From Hemiscyllium ocellatum (taxonomy: Eukaryota), in assembly GCF_020745735.1 (NCBI RefSeq), contig NC_083431.1, positions 45,908,496 through 45,972,495 on the forward strand: a stretch of DNA of 64,000 nt. The letters are read 5' to 3'. Position 1 is the first letter of the stretch, and every line of letters starts with the position of its first letter. A program made the translations under genes and the position numbers. The notes beneath the pieces were generated by a model. The model did no database searches. It saw only the letters and a list, made by a program, of their open reading frames with translations, and was not told the DNA's origin. This document shows, one piece after another, positions 47,279 to 59,789 of the stretch.

Positions 47279-47408
47279 ATAAATAAGAAAACTGGAAATG
47301 CCATGATCAACCTCTATACTGACAAAGTTACAGGCAAACTAAAAGGTGAAGCAACAGTGTCTTTTGATGACCCGCCATCAGCAAAAGCTGCAATTGATTG
47401 GTTTGATG
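47279..47408 (+). CDS. TAF15: TAF15 exon 11 (RRM)
   Basis: [43 protein letters not shown], taacag| ... |gtaaga. Confidence 0.95.
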
Positions 47409-47882
47409 GTAAGAGCCTTTATTTTGGATTCTTCGTATTCCATTGATCTTTAGCCAGTTTTCCTAGGAGTGAGTTGCACTTTTTAAGTATCGTGATCCAT
47501 AATAACAAGAACTATTATGCTACTCACTAAGTTGAGTAACCTAACTCTCATACATTTTGGTAAAATGTTCTTTTGAAGGGCAACTTTTTGTTTCCATTGC
47601 AGTACAGGCATGAAGAAATAATCTTTTTGCCCCCCTCTGTCTTGCTTTTCGTTCGGATAATTGGCGACCTCTCCAGTCAGAAGGATTTCACTGACCCATT
47701 TGTCAAACCTGGGTATAGAAATTCATAATGCATACTGGTTTGGATTTAAAATGCATTCAACACTGCAGTCTGACATTGTGTAGAACTGGAAACAAATGTA
47801 ACTGCAGCAAGTGCCAACTTGATAAGCATGTGAAACTGAGATCAGTAGCTCTCCTTACACAACTAATGTGTTTTCTTTTTAG

Positions 47883-47969
47883 GAAAGGATTTCCATGGAA
47901 ACATAATAAAAGTTTCCTTCGCGACTAGACGATCAGAGTTTGTACGAGGTGGTAGAGGTGGTCGTGGAG
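47883..47969 (+). CDS. TAF15: TAF15 exon 12 (RRM end, RGG2)
   Basis: [29 protein letters not shown], ttttag| ... |gtatac. Confidence 0.93.
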
Positions 47970-48063
47970 GTATACAAATTATTCTATTTGACAGTTTTGA
48001 ACATTTAAAAACTTTAAGCTAAGTCCTGCAAAATGTGACTGACTTTTTTTTTGTTGTTTGCAG

Positions 48064-48136
48064 GTCAGATGGGCAGAGGTCGTGGCTTTCAAGGTGGTGG
48101 TGGTCCAAGAGGTGAAGATTGGACTTGCCCAAATCC
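48064..48136 (+). CDS. TAF15: TAF15 exon 13 (RGG2, zinc finger start)
   Basis: GQMGRGRGFQGGGGPRGEDWTCPNP, ttgcag| ... |gtaagt. Confidence 0.93.
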
Positions 48137-48290
48137 GTAAGTGATTTTGAGCAGAATTTTGTTTTTCTTCCCGGAATATCATCACTGTCAGCTTAATATC
48201 TCAAACTTAGAAAACAACAATTTACAATTAAAACTAGCTTTGACATTCTAGTCAACTCAACTGTTTGTGTAAACAAATTTTGTCTTCCAG

Positions 48291-48364
48291 ATCATGTGGT
48301 AATGTCAACTTTGCTTGGAGAAATGAATGTAACCAGTGCAAAACTCCTAGATCTGATGGTGGTG
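48291..48364 (+). CDS. TAF15: TAF15 exon 14 (RanBP2-type zinc finger)
   Basis: [24 protein letters not shown], ttccag| ... |gtatgt. Confidence 0.93.
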
Positions 48365-48749
48365 GTATGTATAGAAATATTTTTCTGAAGTGTACCTTTG
48401 ACCTTTTTCTGTCGTCTTTCTCTCAAAGCTTTGAAACAGGATTGTATTATGTATTACTCCTGATCACTAGGTGCCTAAATCCTTCAGTTCGGGTACTTTT
48501 TAAAGTATAGCCACTATTGTCAATTTGGCAGGCACTTTTGTTATTTGTGGAAATTTGCACTGTAATGAGTGAGCTGTGTTGTGGTGATGATTTGAGTGAT
48601 TGTTCAGGGCACTGGGTGTGATTGCCCTGTTCCTCTGGTAGTGCCATCCACTTAAAAGCCTGATGAGATTTTGGTTTGACATTTTATCCAAAACTTGCAC
48701 TTTCAATAATCTAATGTTCCAATAGTTCTGCACTGAAGTATTAATTTTA

Positions 48750-48945
48750 GTACAAAAACAGAATATTACAGCGCTGTACAGGCCCTTCGGCCCTCAATGT
48801 TGGTTTCACAGGTCAGTGCAATCTGAATTACATCTAACTTACACAGTTCCATTCTTGTCCTATCCAATGACCATTTAAGTGCCCTTAAAGTTCATGAGTC
48901 TGCTACTGTTGCAGGCAGTGCGTTCTACACCTCTACTACTGAGTA
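48750..48945 (-). mobile_element. CR1 LINE 3' tail fragment
   Basis: acagcgctgtacaggcccttcggccc...ggcagtgcgttctacacc resembles an inverted CR1 3' UTR. Confidence 0.55.
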
Positions 48946-49047
48946 AACATTTTTTTTGTCATGCACAAATCCTGGAGTTTGTACTTGTCAAATTACAGGT
49001 AAAACTGCTTTCAACTGGATAATCTAGAATTAATCTGATCCAAAATG

Positions 49048-49378
49048 CAGGTAGACAGTCCTTTATCGGAAAAGCTCTGAAATCCAAAGATATTTTCGTG
49101 ATTTTTTTTTCTTATTAACAAAGTTGTTTGACATACAAACAGTTAACCCAACTCCACACCCACTTGACCCACATCACTCAGATGCGACATGGGGTTGTGA
49201 CCCAGCACTGGCAGGCGTCCATTCTGTCTCAGGGCTCATAGTACTCACAAGTGCGCCAGCTGTTCAGTAAGATTTTTAAAAAAAATTTCACCGTTAAACT
49301 GTCACTTATTCCGAAATCCAAAAAGATTCAGAAACCAGCTGGTGCAGAGGGGGTTTCAAATAAAGGATTATGTACCCG
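49048..49378. mobile_element. Tigger/mariner-like MITE (different family)
   Basis: Imperfect ~25-bp TIRs CAGGTAGACAGTCCTTTATCGGAAA / TTTCAAATAAAGGATTATGTACCCG. Flanks TG/CA are compatible with a decayed TA. Confidence 0.6.
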
Positions 49379-49556
49379 CACCACACTTCACTGCTTTTAG
49401 CTTTTGGAATGACTAAATGTTTTAATTTTGATGCTATTGTTTGTTTTAATTTCAAAGTGTCATCCTTCTACTACTGAAACTTGGATGTTTCTTGAAATTT
49501 ATTTGCCTCTCCCCACATCTGAATTTTAACTTTAAAACTATTTGCTTGTTGCTTAG

Positions 49557-49653
49557 AACATCATGGAAGAGGTGGCTTTAGAGGTCGTGGTGGATTCCGT
49601 GGTGGCAGAGGTGGAGATCGTGGCTTCGGCTCTGGTAAAATGGGAGGCGGAAG
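49557..49653 (+). CDS. TAF15: TAF15 exon 15 (short RGG3)
   Basis: EHHGRGGFRGRGGFRGGRGGDRGFGSGKMGGGR, gcttag| ... |gtacgt, 97 nt. Confidence 0.92.
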
Positions 49654-50650
49654 GTACGTACTGAAATAGAACTCCTTATTGGTGGAAGAAAAACATCCCA
49701 ACCTTGTCTCGTTTCATCTCCTTTCTAAATGCTATAAGTATCCTTGTCCTGAAACAACTGCTTTCCAAAAGCTAAATTTGGCACAATCATTTGCCTAATG
49801 CAAGGTTGTGCAGACGGTCCAGCTTTATTTCTTATTTGTTTACATTAAGTTAGACTTCTGTAAAGGTTCTTCCTTCATTGATAATTAAACCCTGTTTAAA
49901 GTCTGTTTCTAGAAGATGCAGCCACATAGGTCATGATTCTAACTGCCTTGAAATATGGCACTCCATTCTACTGGAGTGAAATCTGGCTCGGTGGTTTTAT
50001 TTCTTCAATGTGACATGTAGCTGCCAATGTACTCTTATTAAGAGAATTGTCTCTCCTGTAAAACACAGGCAAAATCTAACTCTGCCTTACTGAATCTTAG
50101 GTTTTTCCCAACCTGTCTATTTGAAATACTAAAAAAGCTTAAGATTTATTTCTCCGCTGTGTTCAGATATTTTTTAGAACCTTTTTAGGATATTTTTCTT
50201 GTGAACTCCACCTACTGGCTCTTAATATCTCTTGATCTTGAGTAATAAAACCTGAAGTCAACAATAAGCTGTAATTATCTCACCAGATAGCTTTGAGTCG
50301 TTTACTTAAAGTCAAATGATTTATTGGATAGCATGTATTTAGTTCGGTGTTCCAAATGAATCGCTGACCCTTTGAAAGCAGATCAGACCTTCTCAGTGCT
50401 GTAGACCAAAACCCCATTTACCTCAGCTTTTGATTCAAAAGTTTCCAGAATTAATGCATTTTTGTCACAACCTTAATTTTAACTTTTTTGAGTTGTGGGC
50501 TTTTGTGTAATTGTCAGACAGAATCCCATGCCACCTAATTTCTCACAGGCATAACCATCTAATTTGAACTTGGGGAAGAATTTGAAGCATCATTGTTGTT
50601 GAAAAGTTGACTTTTTGTGCATGGATAATTTGTTTTGTTTTCCATTTCAG

Positions 50651-50690
50651 AAGTGATCACAGATCAGATCGACGTGACAGGCCTTACTGA
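50651..50690 (+). CDS. TAF15: TAF15 exon 16 (PY-NLS and stop)
   Basis: tttcag| SDHRSDRRDRPY* has the FET-family PY-NLS. Confidence 0.93.
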
Positions 50691-50808
50691 AAGCATGCTG
50701 GGAACAAGAATTTTTTTTTTGCTTATAGTGGTGCTTTCACATTGATGCAATGCAATGTAATGTACTTTTTCACAGTGTATTTGAAGACAAAGATTAAAAT
50801 GAATTTTT

Positions 50809-51085
50809 AATAAATTGCCTGTACAGTGACTTGTCTTTGACTCCTCTAGTTGGGTCTGTAGCATTGGCATAGCTAGTTGTTCCTATGAACAGTACACTTG
50901 TATGCAACTGTGTGGTTCATTACCTTGTCATTTTTGGGTGGTATCTTTCCCTATTTCTGTATAGAGGGATTCATAAATTGTATTAAAACCATGTGACTGC
51001 AGTATTTTCAGTTGAAGTTGGTCTTAACTTTTAATAATGGATACTAAACATGTTGCTTTTTTCTCAACTTGAAATCTGCAATAAA
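50809..51085 (+). terminator. Candidate TAF15 polyadenylation signals (AATAAA at 50809-50814 and 51080-51085)
   Basis: Canonical hexamers in an AT-rich 3' UTR, with upstream TGTA motifs and downstream GT/T-rich sequence. Confidence 0.6.
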
Positions 51086-51439
51086 AATGTATGTATCCCA
51101 CGGTTTGGCTTCTAATGTATAGTAATAAGTGCATTGGCTAATGGCAACTTTTTCAATTGCTACTTTCATGTCTAAGGATACATCTAGCTATTACTTAATA
51201 ATAGATACCCTCAGTGAAACTTCACATTTTAGCGTGGCCTTGGTACCTGGTCTTTGCTACTGTACTGTAAACTCAAATTGGGAATATACATACTTCAATC
51301 ATGTAATATCATTGCCTTGCAGGAGGTGACGGAACTGCTTCCACATTGGGTTTTACTATTTGTATATATAATTAAAACAGTATTTTACTGTATTTAGACA
51401 TAAAGCATGCTAGTCCATTTCTTCTGTCCCTCTCCCTTA

Positions 51440-51772
51440 GGGTGGCATGGTGGCTCAGTGGTTAGCACTGCTGCCTCAGCGCCAGGGACCCGGTGTGATT
51501 CCAGCTTCAGCCAGTAGTCTGTGGAATTTGCATGTTCTCTCCATGTCTGTGCAGGCTTCCTCCCACAGTCCAAAGATGTGCAGGTTGGGTTAATTGGCAA
51601 TGCTAAATTGCCCATAGTGTCCAGGGATGTGTAGTTTGGGTGGATTGACTATGGGAAACGCAAAGTTATGGGGATAGGATAGAGGCATGAGTCTGGGTGG
51701 ACTGCACTTTGGAGGGGAGTTGTGGATTAAATGGGCCAAATGGCCTACTTCCACACTGTAGGAATTCTATGA
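51440..51772 (+). mobile_element. HE1-type SINE
   Basis: ggtggcatggtggctcagtggttagcactgctgcctca...ccacactgtaggaattctatg. Confidence 0.85.
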
Positions 51773-53071
51773 TTAATCTTCAGCTGCTCATTTTTGAGTG
51801 TCAATCTGACTTCTAATATAAAAGCTGATTTCTGGACCTAACCACATATCTAGGTGTTGTGATATGTTGCTTCTTTTGGCAATAATTGTCATGTTGCTGA
51901 TTTGGTCAAGTTTATCTCCCTAAGCATTTGTATTGTGCAATGAACAATGTTTATGCCTTGCTTACAAAGACTTGGCAAACAGTCGTGGACTTCTTGGGAT
52001 CTCCCATTTTATTTTCAGTGAGGTGGACATGGTTGTTTATACGAGGTTGTATAGCCATAGGCTTAAAACACTACATAGTTCAATATTTCCTAGTCTGCCT
52101 TTTTTATCTTTTTTTAAACCACAGAACATTCTTAACTGGTTTAGGAATGAAATTTAGCTTTTAAATGTATGCAAACATCCCTTAAAAGTAGAAAGTCCGC
52201 AGTGATATGTATGACTGCTTATCATCACTTCACTGGAAGAGAAAGTACACCAGCTTCAATGGGTGAGCTGCTGCTTCCACTAAATGACCTGAACCCAACT
52301 TAAATGTGCAATTGGATTTTCACTAGTCACCTCCTAGATTATTTGTCCAATAATGTGTTGCAGTAGCTTATTGATTGTACTCTAGTTTTATGGAGGTCTT
52401 GTGTACACCATTCACTTAGCTCTTACAGTTAACTGGCAACTTTTCATTTTAGTCCTGCCTTTTTTAACTTTGCCTTTTGAATCCAGCTGATTGTGATACC
52501 ATTGTGTTCTGAGCGATAGGTTTTTTAATAACCCTGTCCAAGTGTGTTATGATGCACTGCTGAAGCAGGTGGGACTGGAACTTAATACTGAAAAGCTCAT
52601 GAAGAACCTGTTAACACTAATGGTGTGTGTTTAGAGTTGTGAAGCATGGACTGTGTGTCTGAGATACATCTGCCAAGACGTTAAGGAGTTCACCAACTTG
52701 GTGACCAGTTGTTACTCCAATTGGACAGGATAATTATGCTGATCTGTTTCAATCCTCCTGGGTCCAGAAAGAAAGACCTCACTTAAACACAGATTAGTAT
52801 GTTAACATTAGATCTTTTGGCTTGCTAGTTTTACCATTTGTTAGTCAATGACACCTCCACTTGATGAGCACATCAGTTGAGATATTGCAGTGATCATGTT
52901 TGGGATGTGGCTGTTGTTTAGCACTGCAGCACCTAGGTGCATCTGCAGAAGTTACTCCCAGCATTTTGTTTGAGTGCACTTAGAAGATACATTGACTGAC
53001 TATATAATTTTTTTCATGAAGTATTCAGTATTAATACCAAACCTTTTAGAATTCCCCCCCCCCGCCCCAAA

Positions 53072-53197
53072 TTCCTGAAGAAGGGCTTATGCCTGAAACG
53101 TCGATTCTCCTGCTCCTTGGATGCTGCCTGACCTGCTGTGCTTTTCCAGCAACACATTTTTCAGCTCTGATCTCCAGCATCTGCAGTCCTCACTTCC
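53072..53197 (+). mobile_element. Penelope terminal-repeat fragment (family A) with hammerhead motif
   Basis: CTGAAGAAGGGCTTATGCCTGAAACGTCGA...ctccagcatctgcagtcctcactt. Confidence 0.8.
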
Positions 53198-56100
53198 ACC
53201 ATTTTGTTCAAGTTGCTTTTTGTCATATTGATTTTGCAAATTGAAATGTCCTCCAAAGCTTAATCAAGTTGGCTTGATGTGAATTATTTCTCATGGCTTT
53301 AGCCTATCCATTTGCTTTCCTCTGATAAAACTACTGTACTTTCCCTATGGGTCTAGATCATTTGACAACTTGGATATTGAATTGCTAGTGTTGGGGAGAT
53401 AATGATTTCTGTCAAACTCTAACAACTGGTATTTATATAGCACTTAAACCTAATAAAATGCTCATGAGTTCTGTCAAACCAAAGTTGGCACCATTCCACA
53501 AGTTTAGGTCTGATCAAAAGTTGCAAATTTTGATTGAAGAGATTCAGAGAAGACATTTTGAGTCCTTTCTGGTCATTCAGCTAGCAATGTTGAAAGATTA
53601 AAATCGGCTGCTGCAGAGGCTGGAATTGGGCAAGGGACCAAAACACCCCCAAAGCTTTTGATTTGCTACAGACTTAGTATGAGGCTTCATGTGTAAAAAT
53701 GAAATGAAAGGTAATTTTTAGTGGATAGCTTTCCTTTGTCAACTTGACTAGTTTTGTGTATGCTGTGGGGAAAACTTAATGAGCTGCAGTTCAGGGTGTG
53801 CAAGGAAGAGATGCGTGTATTGGACTGATCTCCAGCCTCTATCATTTTCTTCATTGAGCATTTCTGCTTGGATGAGGGCTAGTTAAGATTGTTCTGTTTT
53901 TTCTAATTCAGTTTAAAGTTCTACATTTTTCAGTTATCAGCCACCATTTACAGATCAGAAGTGTAATTATTATAAATACTTGTTAAATTTTATTTAACAG
54001 GACTTGAGCCAGCATTTATTGTTCCACCACTAATTGCCTTTTGAGAAGGAAGTGATGAGCTGTTGTCAGTGTTCCTGTCCACCCATTTGGTGTTCCAGGA
54101 TTTTGACCCAGTGATGGTAAGGTACACCTCCACATAATGAGAGGCAAACATAGCTGTTGTGGTGGTCTGATGTTAGTCTTTGTAGGAGGTAAAAGTGATT
54201 TGGGTTTGGAAGGTCTTGTTGAAAGAGGAGCCTTGGCAAGTTGCTGCAGCACAGCTTATAGATAGTACTCTTTACGGCCATTGCATAGCAATAATGAAGG
54301 AAGTGAACTTTTTTTTAAGGTTGAAGTGACAAACTGACTTGGCTGATGCCAAACAGCAATCAGCTGGGCTAGTAAATGAAATGAATAAAACCTGACTTCT
54401 TAAAGTTGGGAATCTCTACAGCCTGGACCAACATTTTAATTGTTTGATAGTGAGGTTGATCAAAACTTTATGTATTTGCAGAGTCACACTGATTATATGT
54501 CTGGGAAGATCTGGTCTGTTTGTTCTTTCAACAGACTGCAGCATTTGCACTAAGTTTTAGATTATAATAATAGTTGGAGAACATTTTGACATATTTGAGT
54601 ACTGCTCCCACTTCTGGAATGCAGCAGTACTTCTGCGTCAGCAATACAGTGGCTGTTAAAATCGGAATTGTTGATATGTTCCAGAACTTGGATGTGTTTT
54701 TATAAACAATGAAAGAAATGCAGTCCAGGTTGTTGGAACTTGTGGCATCTTTGAAAAAGGAAACAAATTGTGGAGGGGGTAGGGAGGTTTCTTTCCTGCA
54801 AGCCAGGTAGAACAGAACCATTATCCCTGGTTTAACTTTGATTGTAACCCCTCAATGAAGTGATGTTTCTTTTTCCTGCCCAGTAAAGGTAATTTATTAC
54901 AGGAGTATCTCTGCAACTCAAGGGCATGGTTTTTTAGGCATTAAATTTGAGAATTGCATTGAACTAATCCTAAGGCAGACCTTTGCACAAACTGGTTTTC
55001 AGTGGTGTATTGCCTTTCTGGCATCACTGTATTCCCCAAATCCCCCCCCTCTTACTCTAATTTGCTGAAGAATATCTGCAAATAGTTTTAAATTGCCTGC
55101 AGAAATATGAAACAGCCCATGACCTGTAGAGTAAACTTGTGCAGGTTGGGATTGATGATAACCAGTGGCGGTCGTGGAGAGATCTCTTGCTTGAACCGCG
55201 GTAACAAATCTTCAAAGTGGGTGGCAGTCTGAGGAAGACCCCAAAACTGCCTAGGTCTCACAAAAAAAATCAGTGAAGTTGTTAAATCATACATTGGAAT
55301 AAAGTCTTTTTAAGGCTGGTGCATGTTGAGCTTTGGAAAAAAAAACCTCTTTAGTTCTAACATTGTACTATTTAGTAACTATTCCAGTTACTACAGTCAA
55401 GGCTATAATGCTGAACTGAAACCAAATGCTATGCAGAGTGATAACTTGAGTGTTAGCATACTGAGGATTAATCTGAATATCAATAAATAGCTACCAGTTT
55501 TATATTTTATCATGCAGTGGTAATATCTAGAGGCCCAGGTTCAAATTCAACTTGCTCCAAAGAGGTTATAATATTTCAACAGATTTATTAGAGAACACAT
55601 GGGAAACAATACATTTTTACACTTCCTGTCATTAAAGATGGATACTATACTGCAGAATATCAGCTAAAATAAACTAAGGACATAGAATTAAAAATATCAA
55701 ACTTTTATTTCTTCCCACTTGTTGATTTCTAGGGGACATAGCCTGTCCTTTTTAAAAGAGACAAAGAATGAACTGATTGCTAGAGCCTACAATGAGCATT
55801 AAAAATTTTGTAAGCATCTCCTTACTTTATGTCTTGGTAGTTTTGGATTGTAAGAGATAAATAGTGCTTCAACTTACTAAAATTTTCAAAATTTACTGCT
55901 TTTTCCATAGCTATTGTAGAATGTTAATTTCCCAGAAGTAGTCTAGATATCTTTTAATCAGTCTATTCAGATGTGTCATGATCTCCTGGAGCAGGTGGGA
56001 CATGACAATGATCGCTTGTGACAGGGGCCTGCACCAATACAGCACTACAGAAGAAACTAACTTGATGTTTGATAGCAAAATTGCCTTGGAGTCAGTTATT

Positions 56101-56349
56101 AGCTTAAGTTCCACAGCAGAAGCTTCTGGATAAGATAGAGGTTGTCAGTGCGATACTGAGGGTGTAATGCATTGCCAGAAGAGTCCTCTTTAGGATGAAA
56201 TATTCTATTGTGGCTGTGTGGCTGTGTGGGGGGAGGGTAGAAAGCAAAATGTCAATGGCAGAGAATTAACCTTGGTATCCTGACCTAAAGGGTTTTCCTT
56301 AACATCACCTAACGACATTATATGGGTATTGATCTAATCTGTTATATTC

Positions 56350-56880
56350 ATTAATTATGATCATAGTCGTCATTTGGTCTATTGATGCCTTATTCCTTTT
56401 GCCTACCTGTCTTACATAACCCTTGGTTCTCTTGTAGCTTTTTAAAAGAAATCTAACAGTTTTGAATATATTCATGAACCCAATTTCCACTGTTGCCTGG
56501 ATGAATATTTTAAGCTAAAGACTAAAGGAATTTTCCTGTTAAATATTAGATATTTTTCTGTCCAGATTGCATTCACTGGTTGTAGATTTGCCTCAGAGGG
56601 GGAACATCCTATCATTGTGTTCCCTGTCAAGCCCTTGTTTTTCAAACCAGTCAACTCTCATTCCTTTAAACTTTGATGCCCATAGGCTTAATCATTTCTC
56701 ATCCGACTCCTCTGACAAGCCTGTCAACCCAGAAATAAGTCATATGAAACTTCAATGAGCTATTTTCATAGCAGCCAAGAAGACCAAAACAATGTAGTAC
56801 TCCAGGTGCATCCTGTTCAGTTGTAGAATAACTTCCCTCCTTTTATGTTCTGCTCTCCTTGCAACTTTTGCCTCTTGCTG
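56350..56880 (-). mobile_element. Old CR1 LINE remnant
   Basis: Minus-strand REVILQLNRMHLEYY remnant and decayed 3' region. Confidence 0.5.
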
Positions 56881-57599
56881 TTCAACTATTCTTGAACTTT
56901 CTTCTCTCCTGCTCGGTTTGTTGCAATCTACCTTTACAAAGCTTTGGTCTTGGGTGTATTTGCAATTATTTTTAATTGTAGGAGCCAATTCATGCTTGGT
57001 GTTATTGCTAGACTATTAATTTACAGATTAAAGTAACATCTTGGGTTTGAATCCTACCACTGCAGATAGTCGAATTTGTAATCAATAATTATCTGGAGTT
57101 AAAATCTAATAATCGTGAAACTTGTCAATAGTTGGGTAAAGCTTATCTAATATTTTAGTTGGTCTGAATCTGCTCCCACGTGGCTGTCATAGGGGTAACA
57201 AATGCTGACCCAGCCAGTGCTAGCTATATCTCATGAATGAATAAACAGTAAATTCCCATTCCCACCCTCTCAGGGATCAATGCTCATTTTAGCTACTCTC
57301 TTCCTTTTATAATATATGTAAATGAAGGCTGCAGATACCACTGCCAATTGCGTGGCAAACCTGGGCAGTGTATATGAGGCGTGGAAAAGTGCAAAACTCC
57401 CAGGCAATTGTAAAGTTGGAGGGATGAAACTTATACTTTCACGCAATTTAAGATTTGGTCTAATGTGGTGCGTCAATGCTTTCTGCCAGGATTTTGAAAT
57501 CACAAATTACGAGCATAAATATGATACATAACTCAGACATGCACCAGTCTCACCTCACAAGGTGCAATATAAGTACAGTCCTGTAGTCACGCCCTACTC

Positions 57600-58300
57600 A
57601 CTCACCAAAGTATTGCCTGTTTAAAAGCGGACTGGGCGGTGACTTGTGGCCCCCGTTAGCTGGCTGGGTGGTGCTAATAACTGCTGTTGGTTCATATTCT
57701 TTCTGATTACTGTTCCCTCCGCAGCCAAAACACACACACACGCCCCTGAACATTCCGGCTGCTTGTAAAGTCAAGCTCCGAGCTGCTGAGGAGAGAGCAG
57801 GGAGCTCTGACCCGACTCCGATGTAGTTGTGGGAAGAAAAGTCGGGTTCTGCTCCCAGGCAGTTGTGCCCTTTCTGAAATGACTGCACCGGTTTCACTTG
57901 AACAACTCAACCGGTTACAAAACAACCCACTCCTGTGAACGGACCTTTATTTCTGAGGTCGGGGGCGCATAATGACTTTGCAACATTCGCTCCGGCGCCC
58001 CTCATCCTTGAAAGTGCTGGGTGCTGTTCTCCTCCTCATTCCCTGGAGTCCGGGTGCCCCCCTGGAACAGGAGCCCGAGAGGGTTACAGCGAGCGAACCT
58101 GTGCGGCTGCAGGCAACCGTGGTATGTATCCTTTCACTGGGCTGAATCCGATCGGGTCTCTCTGGGAGGCAGGTTCCAGCTTCTAGGGTCAGTGATGTTT
58201 TAGCATCGGGACTGACTGACTGGACTCTGTCTTGCAAACAGAAACGTCCCCCTCTTTCTGTCGGAGCTGGGCTGCAGAGAACCGATCTTCTGTGTACAAA
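57600..58300 (+). promoter_or_regulatory. CpG-enriched promoter/first-exon region of a third gene
   Basis: Local CpG enrichment, GC box GGGCGG at about 57634, and a coding first exon. Confidence 0.65.
57972..58121 (+). CDS. First coding exon of a secreted protein (signal peptide), probably matrix metalloproteinase MMP28
   Basis: MTLQHSLRRPSSLKVLGAVLLLIPWSPG-APLEQEPERVTASEPVRLQATV|GTATGT: basic n-region, hydrophobic core and a cleavage-like site, with a phase-0 donor as in MMP exon 1. The MMP28 identity is inferred only from exon shape and the known TAF15-MMP28 adjacency. Exon 2 was not found in the window. Confidence 0.55.
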
Positions 58301-59409
58301 CTTGGGCTTCTGTCTCTTTGTAGGAAGACGGAATCGAAATATAGCCTATTTAAGGAGGAAAGGGCTATGTATAACCTAGGATTGATCTGTAGGACTGTAT
58401 GTGACAATGTACCACTCTGGTTGTACTGTTCCTCTATGTTTGATGACAGTTAGCTGTATACTAAGGACTCTTTTCCAGTTCTGTTCAGGGACTGGCCTCT
58501 ATTGTAATACCCTGTTATGGTCACGGTCTCCGCTGAGTACCCAACTGGGGAATTATTTTTACTTCTCGTCGGCAGTGAATCTACTTGGGACCTTAACTGA
58601 GTTTTATGTATCTCCAATTTTGCTCCGCTTCACCTCAAATGTCCCATTCCTACCAAGCCTCTCTTCCATCGTCTGGTGAAATGATACTGTTCAGTATCAA
58701 TATGGGCTGAGGGTCTTGAGGAGCTGCAACGAGTTCCCAGATCCTCACTCCTCCACCAGGGATGACTGATGAACAGTTGATTCTTACAGTGAGAGGATCA
58801 TTATCCCATTGTCAGTTCTCTGCACGTTGGTAAACTCAGTTAGTCTCACTGTGTCGCTGGGTGTGGAATAATGCTGTGATATTTTGGAAAGTTTGAAAAT
58901 GTGCATGTTTGTTTTTTGAGCCGACTCTGATATCTGCGCAGAGATGGCTGGTTGGCACAGCGATGGGTTTGCTACGACCAGGGGGAGGCGTGGGTTATGC
59001 CTGGCCTGGCCTTGGGAGGGGATGCTGGATGAAGGTTACTGGCCAACGGTGCAATTGAACACCAAAAGCAAAAGCAAAAATACTGTAAATGTTACACAAT
59101 GTACTGAAAATACTCAGCAGGTCAGGCAGATCATTTGTATTATTTAATAAAGTAAGCACACATGACTGTGTAACCTAATGTGCACCAGTTTTACATCACA
59201 ACACGCAGTATAACTGCCATCCAAATCTGTCGCACCCTATTTCTTACACCCACAGTCCTTTACTTATCTTTTAGTTCAGCTGTGATCTAGTTGCGTTGTG
59301 AAATGGGCTCGAAGGGCTGAATGGCCTCCTCCTTTGTTCCCATTTTCCCACGTTGACACAGCTTGTTTGCTCGTGCTGTGGCAGGAGCCAGTCCATTTCA
59401 TTTGCAGCA

Positions 59410-59650
59410 CCCCCACCTCATCCCCACTGAGAGCCCCACCTGAGCCCCACTGAGAGCCCCCACCTCACTCCCACTGAGAGCCCCACCTGAGCCCCAGCTC
59501 ATCCCCACCTCCCCCACTGAGAGTCCCCACCTCCCACCCCACTTAGAGCCTCCACCTCCCCCCACCTCACCCCCACTGAGAACCCACTCCTCAACCGCAC
59601 TGAGAACCCCCTCTGAGAGCCCCCACCTCCCTCCCACTGAGAGCCCCCTT
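59410..59650. repeat. Degenerate ~23-bp C-rich minisatellite
   Basis: About 9-10 imperfect units of CCCCACCTCANCCCCACTGAGAG. Confidence 0.85.
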
Positions 59651-59789
59651 CCCCTTTTGACTTGCTTGGTCGGATGGGTGCCACCAGGAAATGGCACTGG
59701 GGCAGCTGGGGGCAGGTTCATTCTCAGCGGCCGGGGGGGGAGGAGCTGCTTTGGAGCTCATGAAGATGATCTGGTGTGTAATCTCAGTA

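Larger units (their letters stand above)
26071..50690 (+). other. TAF15: TAF15 gene span (16 coding exons, 1272-nt CDS, 423 aa): SYGQ-rich low-complexity domain, RGG, RRM, RanBP2 zinc finger, RGG, PY-NLS
   Basis: All junctions are GT-AG with consistent phase. The 7-nt first coding exon (ATGTCCG, MSD start), the RRM end [16 protein letters not shown] and the 16-exon layout match TAF15 rather than FUS or EWSR1. Confidence 0.9.

Noticed and set aside
26071-50690. Calling the FET gene FUS or EWSR1
   Set aside because: The 7-nt first exon with MSD start, the [17 protein letters not shown] end, the GKMGG pre-NLS motif and 16 exons favour TAF15, despite the FUS-like zinc finger.
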